From positions 1,170,001 through 1,202,000 of the forward strand of contig OZ245049.1 of the NCBI GenBank assembly GCA_965224465.1: DNA of 32,000 nt. Direction: 5' to 3'. The translations under genes and the position numbers were made by a program. Below the pieces are notes generated by a model. That model searched no databases, had not been told where the DNA came from, and saw only the letters and a program-made list of their open reading frames with translations. This DNA comes from Flavobacteriaceae bacterium. GTDB lineage: Bacteria > Bacteroidota > Bacteroidia > Flavobacteriales > Flavobacteriaceae. Positions within the stretch are counted from its first letter, which is position 1. Each line of letters opens with the position of its first letter. This document shows positions 25,855 to 32,000 of this stretch, piece by piece.

Positions 25855-26193
25855 TTATTTTTCCTTTAAATACTCAATTAATAATGATTCTGCTTTTTTG
25901 ATAGCCTTTTTATAATCTTTGGTAGATTTTTTTTGGAAACCATATAAGCACACAGCTTTTGTGGATTCGGTAAAATTTAAGTGGTCAATAGCAAAAATTA
26001 TGATTCGATATTCATTTCCCGATTTGATTCGTAATTCATAGAATTGAGTGGACTTTAGTTTTTTCAAGAAGTTTGAGTTAATTATTTTAACGTCTCCAAT
26101 AATTTCTAATAGCTGAAAAAACTTCAAGGTAAATTTCTCATTTTGTTTATCCACAAATTCAAGACATTCCTCGGTGATATTTATATCTCTCAC
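25855..26193 (-). CDS. RelE/HigB superfamily toxin (Gp49-like)
   Basis: 112 aa with a GTG start. FYELRIKSGNEYRIIIFAI...AVCLYGFQKKSTKDYKKAIKKAESL matches the Gp49/HigB pattern (..ElR...g...yRi.f......v.l.gF.KK....). The toxin-first order is typical of higBA. Confidence 0.7.
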   Translation of the reverse strand: MRDINITEECLEFVDKQNEKFTLKFFQLLEIIGDVKIINSNFLKKLKSTQFYELRIKSGNEYRIIIFAIDHLNFTESTKAVCLYGFQKKSTKDYKKAIKKAESLLIEYLKEK

Positions 26194-26200
26194 CCTGCAA

Positions 26201-26220
26201 ATGTAACGAATAAGTTACAT
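26201..26220. promoter_or_regulatory. Palindromic operator-like site upstream of the toxin-antitoxin pair
   Basis: ATGTAAC-gaataa-GTTACAT, a 7-bp perfect inverted repeat 8 nt upstream of the GTG start at 26193. Confidence 0.4.
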
Positions 26221-26266
26221 AATTTAAATAATTATCATTAGAGTTTGTTTTTTTGCATGAAGTACA

Positions 26267-27015
26267 ACATCCGCTGCGCAAAGTCTCCCGACTTTGAGCC
26301 TTGTTTTTCCTAATATATTTTTATCGTAAAAAAAATTAAAATAGCTCAACAAACAGCCGCTGTAGTAGCAGTCTTAAAATGTATCTTATGTGCAACGAAT
26401 AACTAATTAAGAGGTCATTTTACTATGAATGAAAACATGAAATATTACTCTAGGAATATAGGAATCAAAATAATAGGTATCGTTTATCTATTTAACCGTT
26501 TAAATACTATTGTTTTGAGGTATTCAAAAATTCAACTATTATAACTTTACTAGCCGGCTATTTTGGGTACTCCAAGGGTCGGGATATACGCTCATCGCTT
26601 CTGTATTTTTAGATTGGAGTCTCTCCGTTACACCAATCTAAAAAAACTAAAGGGTAACCGAAGCTATCCCTAACGCAAATAAGTATTGAGATGTTACATG
26701 TAAGAATGAAGAAATAAGAGAGGATGTAAAATACATGAATGTCCTAATTTAAATAGCCATACAAATGTTTAGAAAACGCATGCCAAAAGCGCTGCTGACC
26801 AATACTTATCCGTATCTAAAAACAGTAAAAATATATCTCCACAAAAGAGCGTGAGAGCAAATGACCTAAAAACAGGTGGCACCTATTAAGGTCTTTATCA
26901 ATAGCCTCTTAATAAACCTCGCAATCCCCATAGTATCATCTTTTGAGCCGGCATCCTCAACAGGATGTTTATGTTGGGCATACTCAGCACACGAACACTC
27001 TTAGTTATTATACAT
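26267..27015 (-). repeat. Type II composite intergenic repeat, copy 2
   Basis: Collinear and near-identical to 24081-24835. Module A hairpin lies at 26952-26967 and GTTGGGC at 26972-26978. It abuts the stop of the 27020 gene. Confidence 0.9.
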
Positions 27016-27019
27016 AGTT

Positions 27020-27925
27020 TTATTTTGATATAAGTCTTAGTTCTAAACTTAATTTTGTATTAACACTTAGATTATTTTTCATTCCAGATATCAAATTATT
27101 ATTGAAATATAGAATACTACTTACAATACTTTTCTCGATTTCAGAATATTCAATTTTTTTAATACTCTCAGGTTTCTTCTTTACCCCATATCTAACTTTA
27201 GCAAATCTTATTCCCTTAGGATTAGGTTTATTATGTCTAGATTTTATTTTAAAATTGCAAATTTTTCCTGTTTTATTTATAACAAAAGTAATAAAAAAGC
27301 TTACATCATTATCTAATTTAGAGTAATCGATATAGTACATCATAGTTTTATTAAAAGAAGTGTATAAACAGTCAATTAGACAATTATCATCAAATTGAAT
27401 ACCTTCAAATTTCGGAGGTATATCTAATTCCTCAATTAAATAAACTTTCTTATAATTTTTCTCCTTTCTATTCAAAACCTCAGAAACATGAGAATTGTCA
27501 GCAGGGATTTCTTTTAAGATTATTTTGGATCCAGTATAATTTTCTACTTTTTCGATTTGCAGAATAATATTATTAAAAAAAAGGAAAACTTTATCATTTT
27601 TTGTCAAATAAAAATAGGCGTGATTACCAATTGTAATCTCGTTAAAACGATTTACACTAAACTTTTTGTTTTCTAAAAAACTAAGATCATTAGGCTTGTT
27701 ACTTGTAAAGATTTGATTTATTCCGAAATCAAAAATTAAATCAATGAAACTTTGACTCATACCTTCTATTTCATCTTTATCAAGACCCCTTCCTACAAAA
27801 CTGCTGTATGTACAGTCAATAACTTTCCATTTCCCTTCAAGAGTTATATTCCCTTCACCTTTAGCTAAACATGAGGTCGTAAAAACTATATTAAATAGTA
27901 ATAAAAATAGATATTTAAAATTCAT
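27020..27925 (-). CDS. Lipoprotein with a possible TonB-C-like C-terminal domain
   Basis: 301 aa. The signal peptide ends FTTSC (lipobox). The C-terminal segment ELDIPPKFEGI...FFITFVINKTGKICNFKI resembles the TonB C-terminal fold pattern; this resemblance is weak. Confidence 0.6.
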   Translation of the reverse strand: MNFKYLFLLLFNIVFTTSCLAKGEGNITLEGKWKVIDCTYSSFVGRGLDKDEIEGMSQSFIDLIFDFGINQIFTSNKPNDLSFLENKKFSVNRFNEITIGNHAYFYLTKNDKVFLFFNNIILQIEKVENYTGSKIILKEIPADNSHVSEVLNRKEKNYKKVYLIEELDIPPKFEGIQFDDNCLIDCLYTSFNKTMMYYIDYSKLDNDVSFFITFVINKTGKICNFKIKSRHNKPNPKGIRFAKVRYGVKKKPESIKKIEYSEIEKSIVSSILYFNNNLISGMKNNLSVNTKLSLELRLISK

Positions 27926-27951
27926 TATTCTTTGTTCTTTTTTTAATTATT

Positions 27952-28262
27952 GCTAACACCTCTATATCCACATTAACAAGCCAAAACTTAACGTTATTTC
28001 CGTAATAGCTACAATAGCGGTGTAATTATATTTATTTTTAAATCCGCTATATACGGTATACAGCGTCCTTCAAATATACAAAAACATCCTTTTCGCACAC
28101 TAACCTTTTAATTATTTTTTTATAAAAGTTTTCAACTTTAAACGCTGTTTTTTAAAATTTCAACAAGACTACTTGTTCTTATGATAAACATGCTATTTTA
28201 ATATTAGATAGTATCGTTGTTTTTACGGGGAACATTTAAGCATACTTAGTAGTTCTCAAGCG
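27952..28262 (-). repeat. P module (cassette-5' part of the type I repeat), isolated copy
   Basis: gctaacacctctatatccacattaacaagccaaaactt.acgttatttccgtaatagctacaatagcggtg...caaatatacaaaaa...ctcaacaag..tacttgttctta... matches 14192-14500 and 19529-19840. It starts 26 nt upstream of the ATG at 27925. A TATATTTG box lies on the minus strand at 28071-28078. Confidence 0.85.
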
Positions 28263-28269
28263 CTTACAT

Positions 28270-29719
28270 CCGCTGCGCAAAGTCTCCCGACTTTGAGCCT
28301 TGTTTTCCCTAATATATTTTTATCGTAAAAAAATTTAAAATAGCTCAACAAACAGCCGCTGTAGTAGCGTTTCGTTCTATTTTTTAACAACGATAGAACG
28401 TAAAATAAACTATTTATATCGGTCATTTTGGATGGTAATTGTATTAAATTTCGAAAAACACCTAAGGTACTCCCGATAGAATGGTTGCTTTCTCCATCTC
28501 TATGTAATGTAATAATTTGTTTTAAATCCATTGGATCAAGTGTAGACAACAAATCAGTTAAACTTGATCTTTTAAAGTGGCACAAGTTGAACCATAAACA
28601 CTGGCACTAACCGACCATAATCCGTGGCACAAATAGAACCGTGGTAGTCAGATGTTCTGTTTCACAAGATAATTGATGAGTACCATTACTCTTTATCAGG
28701 CAGTTTTTAAATTCGATTATTTCACCATTCTTTTCTGTTAATATTATTTCAGAGTTTAGCGAAATACTTATTTGTATTGCATAGTGTTTATGAGGTAAAT
28801 TACCCGCTGCGCAAAGTCTCCCGACTTTGAGCCTTATTTCCCCTAATATATTTTTATCGTAAAAAAAATTAAAACAGCTCAACAAACAGCCGCTGTAGTA
28901 GCCTTTCATTCTGTTTTTTAACAACGATAGAACGTAAAATAAACTATTTATATCGGTCATTTTGGATGGTAATTGTATTAAATTTCGAAAAACACCTAAG
29001 GTACTCCCGATAGAATGGTTGCTTTCTCCATCTCTATGTAATGTAATAATTTGTTTTAAATCCATTGGATCAAGTGTAGACAACAAATCAGTTAAACTTG
29101 ATCTTTTAAAGTGGCACAAGTTGAACCATAAACACTGGCACTAACCGACCATAATCCGTGGCACAAATAGAACCGTGGTAGTCAGATGTTCTGTTTCACA
29201 AGATAATTGATGAGTACCATTACTCTTTATCAGGCAGTTTTTAAATTCGATTATTTTACCATTCTTTTCTGTTAATATTATTTCAGAGTTTAGCGAAATA
29301 CTTATTTGTATTGCATAGTGTTTATGAGGTAAATTACCCGCTGCGCAAAGTCTCCCGACTTTGAGCCTTATTTCCCCTAATATATTTTTATCGTAAAAAA
29401 AATTAAAATAGCTCAACAAACAGCCGCTGTAGTAGCCTTTCGTTCTATTTTTTAACAACGATAGAACGTAAAATAAACTATTTATATCGGTCATTTTGGA
29501 TGGTAATTGTATTAAATTCCGAAAAACACCTAAGGTACTCCCGATAGAACGGTTGCTTTCTCCATCTCTATGTAATGTAATAATTTGTTTTAAATCCATT
29601 GGATCGAGTGTAGACAACAAATCAGTTAAACTTGATCTTTTAAAGTGGCACAAGTTGAACCATAAACACTGGCACTAACCGACCATAATCCGTGGCACAA
29701 ATAGAACCGTGGTAGTCAG
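28270..29719. repeat. Tandem direct repeat, 534-bp unit, about 2.7 copies
   Basis: ccgctgcg recurs at 28270, 28804 and 29338, an exact 534-bp spacing. The track ORFs 28607..29119 and 29141..29653 are offset by 534 and nearly identical. Each unit holds module E, the family B 3' half, an HTH-like ORF start, GTGGCAC-type iterated motifs ending ...GTGGTAGTCAG, and a ~180-nt gene-fragment-like piece. Confidence 0.9.
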
Positions 29720-29785
29720 TACCATCTTTTGAGCCGGTATAGTCAACACTATATTTATACTGGATGCTACGCATCGCACGAACAC
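29720..29785 (-). repeat. Module A fragment with a variant hairpin, truncated on both sides
   Basis: taccatcttttgagccggTATAGTCAACACTATAtttatactggatgctacgcatcgcacgaacac is collinear with the canonical tatcatcttttgagccggCATCCTCAACAGGATGtttatgttgggtgctac.caccgcacgaacac. Confidence 0.75.
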
Positions 29786-29861
29786 CCGCTCTCCAAAATA
29801 TTAGAGAAGCAGTTCCTTTGTCACATTTCGGACGGTCAATAATCCAATACAATTGGTCCAT
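29786..29861 (-). pseudogene. Truncated duplicate (first 25 codons) of the 106-aa cassette gene
   Basis: MDQLYWIIDRPKCDKGTASLIFWRA matches 24843..25163 and is then fused to module A sequence. The upstream 29862-30255 is homologous to 25164-25560. Confidence 0.8.
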
Positions 29862-30261
29862 CGTCTCAGTTGTAATTATCAGCTAAGAAGTATTGCTCCG
29901 CTGAATTCAGAGTTTTAAATTTTTCAAAATTAGGAATTATTTATTCGACATTCTTTTCGTCCTCATTGAATGCAAATTCGATGAAATTTTTATTAATAAG
30001 GAATGTTTTACGTTGTCGGATTATCATTTTTTTCACATTATGAACAACGCTTAGCTAAACGCAGTACAGATTTAAAAGTACAAACTTTAAAGCTTGCACT
30101 TAGCCAAATATTTTAATTTATCTTTTTTTTCTAAGACCAAATCAAAAAACTCACCTCCCATGACACTTCGTGTTGATGGTATTCGCTAAAAACACGGAAC
30201 TTTTGGCTAAGCACCAAACCCGCATTGTGTCAAGGTTTTGTTACAAGCCGCATATCTTGTT

Positions 30262-32000
30262 TTATAATTTTCTCTTTAGTTTTTCCACATATAATAAAGT
30301 CAGTCCAAATAACACGAATACAACAATCAAATTCGGTTCGCTCATCCTTTGTGCTTCTTCTCCAAGATCTAATGATTTATTTCCAGATAAAACTTGTTTT
30401 TGTTTCTTTTTTAATATTGCTTTTTGTGCTTCATTTTCTACAACTAAGTAAGAAGTTAATGGTGTCATTACTCTTGAAATAAAACTGTATTTTACTAAAT
30501 TTAACCATTCTTTATTTGCTGTAGCAGGGTGTAAAACCTGTGATGTCCACATCCCTTGGATTTTCAATGCAGTTTCCCAATCTTTTTCTTTTATTTCAAC
30601 CTCAGATATTTCAAAAACATCTTTTTTAAATATGATACTTGGTTCATTATCATTTGGTAAATAAGAGATGCTGTTATCGCTGTGTTTATATTCTAATACT
30701 GAATTCCTAAAAGAATAAGGAATGGTATCTGCCAAAGGTTGTAAAGGATTTGACACTAAAGAATGTGTTTCTAATTCCCCACTTTTCTTTAGGTTAAAAA
30801 ACAAACTACTCTCGGGGAAAGTCATTTTAAAATCTAAAAAATCTTTATCGATTATTGCTTCTTGAATAGAGTCAGTTACCACAACTATAACAGGATAAAA
30901 ATCTGTATTATTTTTAAATGAATTGTAAAGCGTTTTCTTTATGGCTCTATCCAAATAAAATCCACCTTCAAAATTTTGAGATTGGAATTTTTCCGTCCAT
31001 TTATCATCAAATTTACTTGTTGTTACATAACTATTTACAAAACTAATTTTTGCGTTTTCACTTAATGATGTATCTGTTTTAACAAACTGCTCTATTCTAT
31101 TGGTAATTTCAGTTATGCGCTTACTATCCGAAGCATCAACTAAAAAATGAAAATATGGTTTTCGTTGAACTTGTTTTAATTTTTGTTTTTGCTTAGAAGA
31201 AACGTAACATATATTATCTGTTTTAGTATCGGTAAATATTGATTCATTAGGATTGCCAAGTACAATAATATTTCCGTCAATAGTTAATTTTACAGGTTCT
31301 TTGTGCAACAACTCAATTCCTGTCTTTCGGACTTCACCACTAGCAAAGGGGAACACTCTAAATGCAACTTTATTACCCGTCAAATAATACAATATCCCTG
31401 GGTCTCTGTTCTCATTTCGAATTTGAGAAAATATCCACATTGCAGATTTTTTTTCAGCCAAAATCCCCATTTCTTTTCTATCTCCTACATATAAAAAATA
31501 ATCACTAATCCAACAACCAACTGGCAACTCAATGGTTGTGGCATATTCAGAAATGCCATTGTTCTCATTTTTATTAGTGATTTCTAATTCAATCCAACTT
31601 TTCCAAGCATTCTGACTTTTATCAAAGGTACTGTTTGTTGAAATATTTGTAATTTCTACATTACGATTTCTAATGTTTTCTGCTCTTATTTCAAAGGAAG
31701 CCTTCTTCCCAAAGAATATTTTTTCAATAGTATTAATTTTACTAGCAGATAGAGTCAGATTATCCAACACAATCCAATTAAAATAAGTTGACAAATACGG
31801 AACCTGTGTTCCAAAAATTCCGCCACGAAAACTTTTTCTATGATGTTTTACAACATTTAGAGTTTTTTGAAGTGAACTTTTATCAATATCATAATTTTTT
31901 GAAAAATCTGGCGTGTATATGTAATCAAGAGTTTCGTTTAGAACGCTTTTGTCTTTTTGATAAATACCCGTAATTGAAAAAGGAATAATCAGTATGCCAA
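30262..32000 (-). CDS. MSEP-CTERM sorting-domain protein (XrtN-system type), C-terminal ~579 aa; gene runs off window end
   Basis: The C-terminus is ...EEAQRMSEPNLIVVFVLFGLTLLYVEKLKRKL: an MSEP motif, a TM helix and a basic tail, i.e. the exosortase-type sorting signal. The track start (TTG at 31794) is not the true start. The same frame stays open upstream to 32000 (GILIIPFSITGIYQKDKSVLNETLDYIYTPDFSKNYDIDKSSLQKTLNVVKHHRKSFRGGIFGTQVPYLSTYFNW...). Confidence 0.65.
   Translation of the reverse strand, partial: GILIIPFSITGIYQKDKSVLNETLDYIYTPDFSKNYDIDKSSLQKTLNVVKHHRKSFRGGIFGTQVPYLSTYFNWIVLDNLTLSASKINTIEKIFFGKKASFEIRAENIRNRNVEITNISTNSTFDKSQNAWKSWIELEITNKNENNGISEYATTIELPVGCWISDYFLYVGDRKEMGILAEKKSAMWIFSQIRNENRDPGILYYLTGNKVAFRVFPFASGEVRKTGIELLHKEPVKLTIDGNIIVLGNPNESIFTDTKTDNICYVSSKQKQKLKQVQRKPYFHFLVDASDSKRITEITNRIEQFVKTDTSLSENAKISFVNSYVTTSKFDDKWTEKFQSQNFEGGFYLDRAIKKTLYNSFKNNTDFYPVIVVVTDSIQEAIIDKDFLDFKMTFPESSLFFNLKKSGELETHSLVSNPLQPLADTIPYSFRNSVLEYKHSDNSISYLPNDNEPSIIFKKDVFEISEVEIKEKDWETALKIQGMWTSQVLHPATANKEWLNLVKYSFISRVMTPLTSYLVVENEAQKAILKKKQKQVLSGNKSLDLGEEAQRMSEPNLIVVFVLFGLTLLYVEKLKRKL

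Noticed and set aside
28256-29653. Three near-identical ORFs (109, 170 and 170 aa) in the 534-bp tandem repeat
   Set aside because: The reading frame runs straight across module E, the family B hairpin and the IS-end-like motifs, all of which occur elsewhere as noncoding DNA. Only a short HTH-like stretch and a C-terminal-like fragment look protein-derived. They are treated as read-through artefacts of a repeat.
28270-29719. Possible CRISPR array, because of regularly spaced repeats
   Set aside because: The repeat unit is 534 bp with no alternation of short repeats and unique spacers. No 25-40 nt direct repeats with spacer-sized gaps were seen anywhere in the window, and there are no cas genes.
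8541-30261. Calling the region a canonical integron (intI + attI + attC cassettes)
   Set aside because: No integrase or attI is visible in the window. The conserved inter-cassette units are 0.2-0.87 kb, far longer than attC sites. Several motifs only loosely fit RYYYAAC/GTTRRRY. It is therefore reported as integron-like or rAID-like rather than as an integron.

Overview
AT-rich Bacteroidota/Flavobacteriia-like chromosomal segment; no rRNA, tRNA or CRISPR recognised. Left part (1-8519): sbcC (partial)-sbcD, an alkaline phosphatase, and hrpB. Between them is a small accessory patch holding a 5'-truncated metallopeptidase-toxin-like ORF, an overlapping immunity-like lipoprotein gene, and copies of a ~150 nt dispersed repeat. 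From ~8541 (22 nt after the hrpB stop) to ~30261 (just past the stop of an MSEP-CTERM-type gene that runs off the window) lies a ~21.7 kb accessory array. It holds about ten gene cassettes, all coded on the minus strand. Cassettes: a SecB-like three-gene module, a frameshifted PIN-like gene, and a soluble protein plus 4-TM protein pair. Also an 820-aa membrane-anchored protein, dinD, two lipoproteins, a 106-aa protein and a HigB/HTH toxin-antitoxin pair. The cassettes are separated by long, highly conserved composite noncoding repeats: type I ~870 bp, type II ~750 bp, and smaller modules. The repeats carry conserved hairpins, RYYYAAC/GTTRRRY-like motifs and Bacteroidetes-type -7 promoter boxes. 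Repeat conservation stops at a GTT on the coding strand just upstream of each cassette. This resembles a sedentary integron or a recombinase-associated (rAID-like) cassette array, but no recombinase lies in the window and the repeats are far longer than canonical attC sites. The array has been hit by an IS66-family element (8-bp TSD, inside a repeat) and an IS1595-family element (8-bp TSD, splitting a lipoprotein gene). It also contains a 534-bp tandem repeat (~2.7 units) and a segmental duplication with a truncated cassette copy.
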